Positions 51,732 to 64,000 of a stretch of 64,000 nucleotides of DNA are shown here, one piece after another. The stretch's first letter is position 1; every line of letters begins with the position of its first letter. This stretch comes from Lama guanicoe. Lineage: Eukaryota. The notes below the pieces were generated by a model. That model ran no database searches. It was not told the origin of the DNA and saw only the letters and a program-made list of their open reading frames with translations. Position numbers and translations under genes: made by a program. The stretch spans positions 656,941 through 720,940 of the forward strand of contig MU053792.1 of assembly GCA_013239625.1 (NCBI GenBank), in the 5' to 3' direction.

Positions 51732-52119
51732 AGGATCTCTACAGTATATATTTGCAAAGTGCACAGAGTTTTTAATCTTCTGGTGGCAGTTTATTGTATT
51801 TTAAGAATATAATAACCAAGTGCCATCTTCTCACCATGTTTATATTCAAGCAGTCATGGTTTGCCTAATATTGTTTCATTTGTCCTTGAGGTATTAAATG
51901 TGATTTTAATGAGAAATAGAAGTGCTTACTGAGATACCAGGGCTTAACTCTTTTTCAAAGAGACCATCTAGATGATTCAGCATATGCTTACCTACTTTTG
52001 GATAACCATTAAGATGCTAACAGCAATATCACAAAGTCTCACAAACAACTCATAGACCTCTAAAAATAAATCCTCAAATGAAAATTTATGAAGTTTTTCT
52101 CTGTAACATGTTATACTTT

Positions 52120-53000
52120 TCATCTTTCATTCCTTGAAACATTCTTCTTCTTTCATCTGCCAGCTCTCCCACTATTCTGATAATGTCTGCTATAACCTTG
52201 AAATGAATTGTTTCTCATAGTTTTATCCTCAGACCAAAGTCTCATCGCACATTCTTCCTGAAGCATCTCACGTTGACTTTCACACCCACCTCTTTCCAAT
52301 CTATATATTTAACCCATTTCTTTTTGCTCAACTTCATATTTTTGTATGCAACTACCTGCTATGCATCTGACTTCTTAAACTCAACACATTCGAAATGGAA
52401 TCTATTGTTTTTGATGTAAAACTGCTCTTCTCCCACAGGACCCAAGCAAAATCCAATCCATCATCAAATGTAACATCACCTTTGTGATTGCTATTTATTC
52501 ATTCACTTAAGATAGAATCAAAAGTCACCCTTCAGTCTGTCTTCTTGCTTGTCCTCCCCCTTCCTCATCCTCTTCATCCAATGATTTATTAGATTCTGCC
52601 TAATTAACTCCTAAATATTTCCGAAATATGACCTCTACACTTTATGCCTACAACAACTGCGCTAACATTATTCCTTTACTATATTTTTCTTGGCTTACTA
52701 CAGTAACCTACTTAGTGGTTTCTATGTCTTTAATCACTCTTCTTCAAACCTACCCTCCAAGATAGGTATTTCCTCCGGTCAGCCTTCCCTGTGTACTCTG
52801 GACCCTTCCTCTGTACCTCCTCATTCCCTGTACCAATTTCTTCTTGCATTCCCCATCCTGAAATGCCAATTTATAACTCTGTCTTGTCCTCTGGAGTGTG
52901 AACGTCTTCTCAGTGAAAATACCCTATTAACTATACTTTATTAGAAATATTCAACACAATGACTAAGCAGATTGTAAGCCTTTGCTGAGTAAAACAGTGG
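52120..53000 (+). mobile_element. degenerate L2
   Basis: Pyrimidine-rich L2-like body (CTTAAACTCAACACATTCGAAATGGAA; GGCTTACTACAGTAACCTACTTAGTGGT). Confidence 0.55.
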
Positions 53001-53724
53001 GTGATAGTGTTAAATCTATCCTTTTTGCAGTGCATTCTTTCTGCTGCAAATGGAAGATACATTAATGCTTTTTACAGTACTTTATACAGTTTACCCAAAC
53101 CAAGAAACAGTTACGTTTATGCTGAAACATGAATAGCTTCATCATCCTTAGTCAAATTCAAATATCTACAAGGCTGGGCTGTTAATGTAAATACCTGAAA
53201 TGTCATAATAGTAGTAATAGGAAGGGATCTGGCTTGCTGCTTATTGAGGAGTGTATACTCCACCATAAAGCATTCATATTCAATTGAAAAAAATGTAGGG
53301 ACAAGCAAGGTTCATATTCTCTGGACTCAGGGGGTCAAGTTGGTGATACGTGCTACAAATGTACTATAACAACTCATAACTCCTGTCATCTTAGCTCAAA
53401 AAATGGCAATTCTTAGACAAATGCAGCCTACACATTATATACAAATTGGATAATAGAAATGATAATTTTAAGAGTTTTGGTAGTTTTTTTCTTTTCTGTT
53501 CTGCTCTCTTCCCATTTCCCGGACCCACTGTGATCACATGTCATACATTACACTGTCAATTTTTTCATGTTTCTAGTTTTTTTATTGATGTCAGCCTACT
53601 GACATATTTTCCTTCTGCAGTTTCCAATCATATTTCTGTTGCCACAGATACAAGTGACTTTCAAAAAAAGTAATATATAATTAATATTTTTACAAGAAAA
53701 ACAATTTTTGTACTCTGGCTATAA

Positions 53725-54330
53725 CTGGGTATATATCTGAGGGAAATGAAAACACTAATTCAAAAAGATATGTAAGCCCCAGTGTTCATGGCAGCATTGT
53801 TTACAGTTGCTAGGATATGGAGGCAACCCAGGTGTCTATCCGTGAAAGGATGGATAGAGAGGATGTAGCCTATGTGTGCAGTGGAATGTAACTTGGCCAT
53901 AAAGAGAATGAAGTTTTGCCATTTGCAGAAGCATGGATGGATTTGGAGGGTATTGTGTTGGGTGGGGTGAGTTAGACAAGAAAGGACAAGTATGGTGTGG
54001 TGTCACATATGTGTGGAATCTAAAAAATAAATCAAACTGGTGAATGTAACCAAATAGAAACAGACTTACAGATATAGAGAACAGACTGGTGGTTGCCAGT
54101 GGGGAGAGTTAATGGGGAAAGGGAAGGTAAGGATGTGGGATTCAGAGGTAAAAACTGCTAAGTATAAAATAAATAAACTACAAGGATATATTGTACAACA
54201 TAAGGAATATAGCCAATATTTTATAATAACTATAAGTTGACTATAACATTTAAAATTGCAAATCATGTTTTACAACTGAAACATATAATATTGTATATCC
54301 ACTGTACCTCAATAAAAATAAAAAATAAAA
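53725..54330 (+). mobile_element. L1 3' end, 5'-truncated, with A-to-G hypermutated tract
   Basis: Colinear with the L1 at ~625-1210; ends AATAAAAATAAAAAATAAAA; many A positions of sibling copies are G. Confidence 0.9.
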
Positions 54331-56327
54331 TTGTGTGGAGTGAAGATACGAAGAAATTAGCAGTTCCAAGGAGGATAATTTGAAACATTAGATAAATTTC
54401 TGTAACCCATATTTTCATGTACTAGGTAATAACTAACATTTTCTTTTATATAAAATGTAAATTATAATAGTAACAATAATAAAATAGCATTAATAATGAA
54501 TGAGGTAATATACGTGAATATTCTTTGTAAAATGTAAGGGTCTATCTAAAGGAATAAGCTGTTGTCTTTACCTTTTCAGTCTTCTGCCTACACATCCTAA
54601 CCTTTCTTGTGGCAGAAAAAGCTAGGGAAATTATTCAATGCAATAGACTGGCACAAACGCTAACAATGTCAGCTAATTTGCCAAAACCATCATAGTGGGA
54701 GAATATGTTTACTTTTTGGGTTGTCACCAATGTAATAATGACTAGCAGGTAGAACAAGTGAGGTAACATGTAAAACATCAGTTCTATGTACACTGACTAA
54801 TCATGGGAAGGAGGAACAACAGGTCTGCAGTACCAAATCAATCCCTAGCATAATTTCTTTTATTTTACAATCCCCATAACTTCACCTATTTCTAGCTCAC
54901 AAACTCCTCCCTAGTTCTATCTGCAAAATGTAGTTATCAATTCACTTGTTGTTCTAATTATCATAGTTAACATTATTTGCATTGGTAAAATATCACTCGT
55001 AAAAGGAGGTCGCTTATAACCATGAGGGCCAGCAATAAGGCTTGTGTAGTTCAGAATCTATATTGAGACTCTTGTCCAGCATGGCCTAATTCCAACACTT
55101 TCTTAGGTTACCCCCCTGCTGTGATCACAGGAATGTAAACACCCTGTAGTTTCCTCTTTTTTTAGCTTTTGCCGACTTCTTCCCAGTGTTGACCTGTCCA
55201 GTCTTCTTCCCCTGAACTTACTGACTCAACACATTCTATTTTGGGTAACTAAAATTAATAATTTGCCTCCCCCAATGTTAATAGATGAGATTTTTTATTA
55301 CTATTACCCAACAATTATTGCTGAAATGTGTTAATAAACATTTATACAATATGTCTACAGCACATAATGTCTAACCTTAATTGTATATATATATACCTAG
55401 TAGCTAAAAGAGAAACAAGAAACTTTATTACACTATAATTAGCAACCAATAAAATTTCTGAGAAATGATAATATATCAGATTGTGTAAAATGATACTCTT
55501 CCTTAAAATATTATTGTAGCTTATTTATTCACTTGTTCAGTCAGCAAAATATCCACTGGAAAATGTAAGATGAAGAAGACTCCCAGGAATCTCAGGGCTA
55601 TTGCTAAGGATGGACAATATCAAAAATAATTATAACAAATACAGCTAAGGAAGTTCAGGTTTTTAAGAAATGCCCAGAGTATTAGGGCACAAAAGAGGAG
55701 AGGCTACTAACTCAGTCTAAGGGAATCAGGGAAAGTTTGCAGGGAAAGGACATTTTTGCATAATTAGGATTGATAATTCACTGAAAAGCCAAAATATTTT
55801 AGGGGCTATGCCAAATGTAAATTCAGATGAAATTTCTACCTGAGATCATAGCATCTTAGTAGCAGGCAGCAAAGACTTCCAGTTACAGAATTATTACTGA
55901 TTCTTTAACATAAAACATACTTTTAAAAAACAATTATAAGATTTTTTAAATGCATGCTGAGTTTACAAGAAAGTAAAAAATATATATATCCAAAGAACAG
56001 AACTAGGAAACTGAAAACAATAATAATTTAAAAACAAGAGTGGAAACTCTGGCTTTCCTTGGGAGATTTGAATTAAATATCTGAATGGAAGCATGATTTT
56101 AAAGACATTGTACCAACAACTGGCAAAAAGTTGGAGTTGAGACTACCATACAAACCAGGCTATGGCTTTAGTGGATTGCCAGGAGCTCTGTACACAAAAA
56201 AAATTATAATAATGATTTCCCATGAGAATTTTTACACAATTGTCTGCTCTGCTCTCGTGTGAATTTCCTGTAAAATTTATGTACTCTGCATTTTCTAAGA
56301 GCCCATAAACTGAGGAATTCACAGATA

Positions 56328-56328
<1 letters not shown>

Positions 56329-56358
<30 letters not shown>
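56329..56358. repeat. (GC)5(AC)10 compound microsatellite
   Basis: Direct reading. Confidence 0.95.
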
Positions 56359-56749
56359 TGCTGCTACCACCACCACACATATAAATACACTGGGATGCTT
56401 GGCAGAGTAAATGCAAAATGACTTTCAAGGAATGTTTCTCCAAAGCAGGTTTCTCTATATTTTCACAGATAGATTTTGCTAAAATGAGCTCACAATCCAA
56501 AATTATCAACAAATGCTCTGACAATCCACCTTGAACAAGAATTATAATCAACACAAAGGAGTGTTAAATTACCAAGTGTTTCAGATAGTAGAAATATCCA
56601 ATAGATGCTATGCTATGTTTAAAATGATTAAATACACTTGGAACTACAATATTTAATAATAATAACATGTATGACAGGAGAACAACGTCTAAGTAAAAAC
56701 GCTTAAATGTCATGGTTTTATTCAGGTGGAATGTGGAGATATTTTAGAA

Positions 56750-59063
56750 TTTTATGACCAAGATGGCAGTGTAGGAGACCCAGACCTCTGTCCTCCTACA
56801 GAGAACAACTAGGTAGCTATCCACAAATGAAAATAGCTCTTGGAGAGCTCAGGAGTCCAATTGCCTTGTCATCCCTTCCCCAAGACTGGCACTGTTCAGT
56901 ACCAAAAGGGAATTCCCTACCCCAAGAGAGTTCTCTTGGCCCAGAAAAGGAGAGCAGGTGAGTGACTAGCTTCCCCAGTATTTTGGGGAATTGCACAAAG
57001 AACCCACTGTGGTTTAACCCCAGCCAGAAACCATAAAGCTGAGACATCTGCAGACATCTAGGAGCAAGGAAGAAGGGAAGAGGCTACCAGAAACAGCCGT
57101 GTGCAGGAGTGACTGTGGTTCCCAGTAGCCTGCTGGTCAGAAGACCTCAGTAGGCTTCACTGCTAAGGATCTCAACAACCCTTAAAGACACTGCAGGCCA
57201 CCACAGCTTTTATTTCTGGACCCCAGCAGACTGCTCCACAGAGGATCCAGGCAGATTTCTCCCCTGAAGAAACCAATAATTGGGACAACCATCAAAGATT
57301 CCCTACATATTTCATGGTTGAAGTTTTTGTCCTACATTCATGACTACTAGCTGCCTAAGTCCCCTCTCTTCCCATCAGAACCCAGGATCTGTACTGGCAG
57401 CCAGTCCCATCCTTTTCAGCTATGCACATGCAAGATGCCAGCCTAGACCCCTGCAGCCACCCTCCACTGCTGTGTGCACAACCGTTATTAGCCCCCGTAG
57501 TCACATAAGTGCCCACCAATAGCTAAGGCCCCCCACACCTGCTGTGGGCATGGATCTGGTGCTGACTTTTGCTACTGATCAACACTGCAGTGGTTGCCTG
57601 AAGCTTGTCCTGAAAGCTATGTACCTTATGCCACAGCCCTATTCCCATCACTAGCCTCTAGTGCCATATGTATGCCTGAGGTCAGCCCATGCAGCTGCAT
57701 GAGTGCACACTGACAGCCAAGGCTTCCCACAGCTGTTTGGCACCCAAATCCAAGCTGACTCCTGTCACTGGCCTGAACTTCCATGCATGCCCACAGCTAA
57801 CCCTGGTAGCCAAACACCTGCCTGGTAGCCAAACACCTGCCTGCCCCAGTTCCCATCACCAGCCCCCACCTCCATGCATACACTTGTAGCTAGCCCACTC
57901 TGTCACACGACTATGTGCCAACAACCAGGGCTCCCACAGCTGCTGGTGCTCCTGTAGCTGGCCCTGGCTACTGCTGCTGGCCCCAGCTCTTTCCACTTTG
58001 CATGTGTATACAGCCAGCCAAGAGTGTGCACACCATTGGTTCTGGCCACCACTGCCACCTGCCATAACCCCTAGTTGCTGGACCTGGAGGTGCCACTGAG
58101 AACCCCATAAGTCTTAGCAGCCACAGCTCTTGCCAAAGACCATGCAGTTTTCAGTGTAATAGACCCCAGCTGCCTGAGCTGATTAAGACCCCCAGACCTG
58201 AAGCTCCCACACACTCCTGTACTTGACACTCTGTAGTATTAGACTAGACTGGAGCCACAAAATGCTTCTGAATGCCCCAACCCACAAAATAAGGCTTTTC
58301 CGTACCAAAGTCAGCCCATAGAGTCTGAAAGAGGAGATTCTATCTTAAAATGCACAGATACCTACAGAAGATTACAGGGATCACAAAGAATCAGAGAAAC
58401 ATGATAGCACCAAAGGAACACAGTAAATGTCCAGAAATTGACCACAAGGAAATGAAGGTCCATGAATTGTCTGAAAAAGAATGCAAAATAATTGTCTTAA
58501 AGATTCTCAGAGAGCCACAAGAGAACACAGATAAGCAATTTAAAGAAACCAGAGAAACAGTATCCAAAAATGAGAATTTCAACAAAGTGATAGAAAATAT
58601 AAAACAGGAATCTTGGAGCTCAAAAATACAAGGACTGGCTGAAGGATTCAGTAGAAAATTTCAACAGCAGACTCAGCCAAACAATAGAAAGAATCAGTGA
58701 GCTTGAAGACACACCATTTGAAAATATTCAGTTAGAGGAACATTAAAACAGAAGAATGAAAAAAAATTAAGAAAACCTATAGGACTTATAAGACACCATT
58801 AAGATAAACAATCTGTGCATTATGGGAGTTACAGAAGAAGAGGAAAAGACAGGGGCACAAGGGTTGCTTAAAGAAATAATGGCTGAAAGAATGGTTCAAC
58901 ATCTTCAAACTAATAAATATTATAAACCATATTAATAGAATGAAAGATAAAAATCCTATGATCATTTCAATAGACGCAGAAAAAAAAAGTCTGACAAAAT
59001 TCAACATCCTTTCATGATAAAAACTCTCAATAAAGCAAGCACAGAAGGAACACCTTAACAAAA
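56750..59063 (+). mobile_element. L1 5' UTR + ORF1 N-terminal half + short ORF2 piece; no 3' end
   Basis: CCAAGATGGC at 56758; GC-rich UTR. ORF1-like KNQRNMIAPKEH...ELSEKECKIIVLKILREPQENTDKQF at 58350-58700. ORF2 RT-region DNA (ATGATCATTTCAATAGACGCAGAAAAA...GACAAAATTCAACATCCTTTCATGATAAAAACTCTC) at 58888-59063. Confidence 0.85.
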
Positions 59064-59617
59064 GCTGAGGCTGTGCACCTGGTTACGCCCGGTTCTTTCA
59101 CTTCAGGAAGACTTGGTTCTGTTGGGTTTGGGAATTGCTTTGCCTTAGCTTTATGGCCATCTAGAAGCTACTCAGCTGGCCACAGTTCCACTAAGCTTTT
59201 AGGATACCCCAAAAGGGACTTTCCTGATAGCATAACCTTTGTTTTACAAACCATGAGTCAAGAGAACTCTAGGGTTGTGATAAAAACCAAAACTGCCACT
59301 GCAAAAAAAAAAGGAAACAATTTATGCTGAATAACAAATGTGGAACAATTCAAAATAGAGAAGATAAATGCATATGTTATTTCATTTTAGTCAAATTTCC
59401 ATTTAATTCAAATTGGCTTTTTGAGAAAACCCCTTGTTACCTCATACACTGCAGGGCTTTGAGTACAAACGCAAGAATTCACTGTTTGTATAACTAATTG
59501 CATGCATCACTTTTACTCTTTCCTTTTATTATATTCCTGACATATCAATGATTCAGAGATTTTTCTATTTCATAGGCTGCAGATGTGGAGTCAACAGTTT
59601 CAGAGTGTGCTAAATAG

Positions 59618-59950
<333 letters not shown>

Positions 59951-61212
59951 TAGGTGATTTAACCAAATATTTTGATGCCCAGTATGGCTAAAATCAGAAA
60001 ATGATCGATGTATATTCTCAGTATTTTTATCTTGACCTTGGGGAAAATTTTCTAATTAAGTGAGCTTCAAATTTCACAAGGTTGGTTGCTCATGAGAAAA
60101 TCATGCTCTGTTACTAGTTGAAATTAAAGTATATAATTTTTTTTACATTTCCATGATGATATTTCGGGTACAATCATAAAATAAGTTTGTCTTTTACCTC
60201 AAATAAAAATGATTTAATGTTTTGGAACATCTTAAAATAGTAGCAGGTTGAGCCATAGCACTGACTTGGAAATACAAAATGTTAAATGAGTAATTGAAGG
60301 GTCATGACAATGAAAATAAAGATTTGGTCGTAAGGCTTCTACATGCTGGCAACCTTTCACTTTATCTTTACCTATTAGTCTATAAAGGTTAATAAATGAT
60401 ACCATATGATCCATGTGCTGGAGAAACAAGGTGGATAACTGACATTAAATTATTGGCAAACTGTATAATTTTGTACAATGTTGATACACTTTGACTTTTG
60501 GTTGGAGACATAAGTTAAGGAATTCCAATTTTTTTTTCAGCTCTGTTTTTTGTTTAGTGACTAGAATCATAGCAACATATTATATTTGAGAATAAATATC
60601 AGAGAATCACCTGGGAGGTTTTGGCTTCATTCTTTTTCCTTAAAGTGTAAGATTTATGAGCAGACAAGAAGTTAAAAGAAAAGTTTGATCAGGCAACGTT
60701 TCAAGAACATCCTTGAACACAATTCTGTCCGTGAAACGAGTGAAACAATAAATGTGAGAACAATAAACAAGCAAAATAAATCTTTTAAAGATATAAGTAC
60801 CTTCAAAATCCAAAGCATAATTCCCTATATTCAGAGACAAAAACTTATTAAATGAATTCACCTTTCTCATTAAAAATTCACATATTTAATTACATGGAAA
60901 TAGGATGTCATATAAGATGTCTCACCAGTGGTAATCCTAGTATATTCCTTATATCGGCATTCTTTATAAGTTTACCTTTTGGAAACAAGCTCAGAAAATT
61001 TAATATTATCAGTGTATTTTATGCATGGCTGTGGCATACTCAAATTCTCACTTGGAAGTTTGAGAACCTACCCATAGGTCATGATACATTTTTCAATAGA
61101 TGACAGTCCAAAGCATTCTAGAGAATGTATTCCAAATTAGAGAAACTGTTACTTTGTTCATTCTAACTTTTGGAAAAATCCTTAAGCAAGAAGACACTGA
61201 AAAATGAATCAT

Positions 61213-61960
61213 AATGCAAATTAAAACAGTAATGAGGTATCATTACATATCTATCAGAATTCAACTCAAGATCATTGACAACATCAAATGATGGTTAGAA
61301 TGTGGAGTAACAGGAACTCATTCATTACTGAGGGGGATGAAAAATGGTTCAGCCGCTTTGGAAGACAATCTGGCAGTTTCTTACAAAGCTAAACTTATTC
61401 TTACTATATGATCCAGCAATCATGTTCCTTGGTATTTACCCAAACCACACAAAACCTTCACATGGATGTTTATAACAGCCTTATTCACAATAGCCAAAAC
61501 TTGGAAGCAATCAAGATGTCCTTCAGGAGGTGAAGGGATGATTAACCTGTGGTATATTCAGACAATGGAATATTATTCACAGCTGAAAATAAATGAGTTG
61601 TTGAGACATGAAAAGACAAGGAAGAACCTTAAACACATATTACTAAGTGAAAGGAGTCATTCTGAAAAGGCTACATGCCCTATGATTCCAACTACATGAC
61701 ATTCTGGAAAACACCAAACTATGCAGACAATAAAAAGATCAGTGGTTGCCAGGAGTCAAAGGAAAGGAGAGATGAACAGGTGAAGCACAGAGGGGTTTTA
61801 GGGCAGTAAAACTGCTCTGTGTGATATTATAATGGTGGATACATGTCACTATATATTCGTCCAAACCCATAGAATGTACAACACCAAAGGTGAACCCTTC
61901 TGTCAACTAGGACTTTGCGTGATAGTGATGTACAAAGGTAGGTTCATCAGTTGTAAAATA
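61213..61960 (+). mobile_element. L1MC1-like 3' region
   Basis: MFITALFTIAKTWKQSRCPS peptide; UTR motifs ATGATTCCAACTACATGACATTCTGGAAAA and AAACCCATAGAATGTACAACACCAA. Confidence 0.85.
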
Positions 61961-63512
61961 TGAGTGTCAATGCAAAAAAATTTACACTTCAATAAAATTG
62001 ATTTTGGTTCGAAAATTGAATCATAATGTGAAGAAATATACACTAAAATATAGACGAGATGATTCCTCCTGTAGTGTGTTATGACACAGCTCAGTTTGCC
62101 ACTTTGGGCAGAAGACTTTCATTTTACGACATCTTAGTCTCACTGAAATGCCAGTGGGACCGATGTCTTACTTTTTTCCCCTGCCCTTGTGCAAACCAGT
62201 CTCTGGCAAGGGGAGGGTTCTAGACATTCATGCATCAGCCTCCCCACCAAACAGGGATTAAAAGCAGTGCTTTGCTTTTGCACCAGTTTATACTTTCCGG
62301 GATCCTCACTCCTGCATGACAAGTCAGATGCTCCAACCTTGAGCTACCTCCCGGTTCTTTTTACCATCAGATCTCTCTGGTATACTCAGACAATACTTGA
62401 CTATGTAAAGATCCTTTCTCCTGATTAAATTTCTGCCTTCAGAGTCTCAAACTCATCATGGTACAAGCACTATTTCTTCTAATATGTATCTTGTAACCTT
62501 TAACCTACTTATTGGCTTGCTGCACAAAAAGCCTACCTTTTCTGGTCACCACACTAGAATTCAACTGGTTTGCTTCTAACCAGCTGAGGCAAGTCACTCT
62601 CTAGACACCCTCTTAGTTCTCTACAATACTTGTTTCAGGATTCAATACCTTTGAATTGCCTTCTATGATCACCTAACTCGACTTCAAAGTATACACCTTT
62701 ATTCCAATGGTAATTGCATGAATGAGAAATACAGAAAAATGGTCATTTCATCATGCTCAGATGCCTCACTCTGCCATGATACTACCATTCTTCTCAATAT
62801 TCTGGGTCTTCCTCAAGTCCTTGCAAAGAGCAAGAATAACTTCTCCCATTTGAAATTTTTGTGCTCATTTTATGAGTTTAAGACCACAAGCCAAATCTTT
62901 CTCCTCTTGAGTACAGTGTTTAAAATTATATATCATTATGACCAACTGAGGTATGAACTTCAATTATGAACATATGATTAACTTCTATCATAAACATAGT
63001 TGGCTGTCATCCATATTTTCACACCATGTAAAATTAAAAGAACACAGATCAACATTAAAGATCAGAATTTTTAAAAATAATACACAAAGCCAAGCATAAA
63101 TAAATCAGGTAGTATGGTATATTTTAGTACTTTCTCTAATCCCCTACTGCCATCGTGAACTTCTCATCTAAATATTTTTCTTATTATAAGTAACTACCTT
63201 AATATGACCCTGAATTTCTCTATAAATTGAGTAGAACATGACTTTCTGATGCCTCATAAATTCTTATTTCGGAATAAGTTATTTCAATGATCCATTCAAT
63301 TATTTCTAAACTTTTAACCCCTTAAGTTATCTGGGATATCTTAATGTACCAGAGCTTCACTCTGTCATAACCTATTGTTTTTATGTTGAATTATAATCAA
63401 TAAAAGTAATGATTATTTCATCTGATATGGAACTTGTGTTCTAATCCTGGTCTGCTACTGATTAGTTGTGGGAACCTGTCTGTATTTTGTTCACACTTGA
63501 GAGAAAGAGGAA

Positions 63513-63583
63513 AGGAAGGAAGGAAGGAAGGAAGGAAGGAAGGAAGGAAGGAAGGAAGGAAGAAGGAAGGAAGGAAGGAAGGA
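63513..63583. repeat. (GGAA)n microsatellite
   Basis: Direct reading; a shorter (GGAA)n lies at ~50235-50260. Confidence 0.95.
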
Positions 63584-64000
63584 TAGTTGAACTGCATTTT
63601 CTTTAAAGCTAATTGAAACTATCTGTAACGTTTTTTGATGTTTTATATTCCAAATATTCTGTTCCTTCCCTGGAAATGGTGGGTGGAAAGAAAAAGATAA
63701 TAGGTGGAACAAGTGATCGCTACCAGCAGGTAGCTCCCTGCTTCTGTTTCTTTGGCTGAATCTCAAAAAAACAAAAAAAAAATTTTCATTTATTTATTTG
63801 TTCAATATATCCATTTAGCACTCAATAAAACTTCATTGTTCAGCTTTCATCAAGTACTTTGATATGAATTAATGCAATATTGAGCAAGACACTTCTGAAA
63901 ATAAATTAACTCTAGCTATGACTTCATTAGGAGATAATACACAGCACTCTACTTGACAATTAGAAACTCGTCTTTGATACATAGCTAGATGTTTTTACAA

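Noticed and set aside
51159..51827. 10-bp inverted repeat ATGGCACTTG / CAAGTGCCAT around the PRKCD fragment, suggesting a gene-capturing transposon
   Set aside because: Short, no convincing TSD, and not like known terminal repeats; compatible with chance.

Overview
Mammalian, AT-rich, mostly intronic DNA. Two tRNA-Ala-derived vic-1-type SINEs point to a camelid. The only real coding exon I can support is a 240-nt internal exon of GRIA4 (AMPA receptor GluA4 N-terminal domain) on the + strand at 59643-59882; the rest reads as GRIA4 intron. The intron holds a decayed full-length processed HSPD1 (HSP60) pseudogene, a small PRKCD last-exon fragment that the ORF track misses, a full-length Tigger1, a MER47/Tigger5-type element, two antisense solo LTRs, many L1/L2/MIR pieces in nested stacks with readable target-site duplications (TSDs), and a 767-N assembly gap. 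The most unusual signal is an L1 3' fragment (~53725-54330) with a dense, strand-specific A-to-G tract, as expected if an ADAR-hyperedited RNA had been reverse-transcribed into the genome. Repeat subfamily names and gene matches come from recalled sequences, not database searches. No new multi-gene system is evident.
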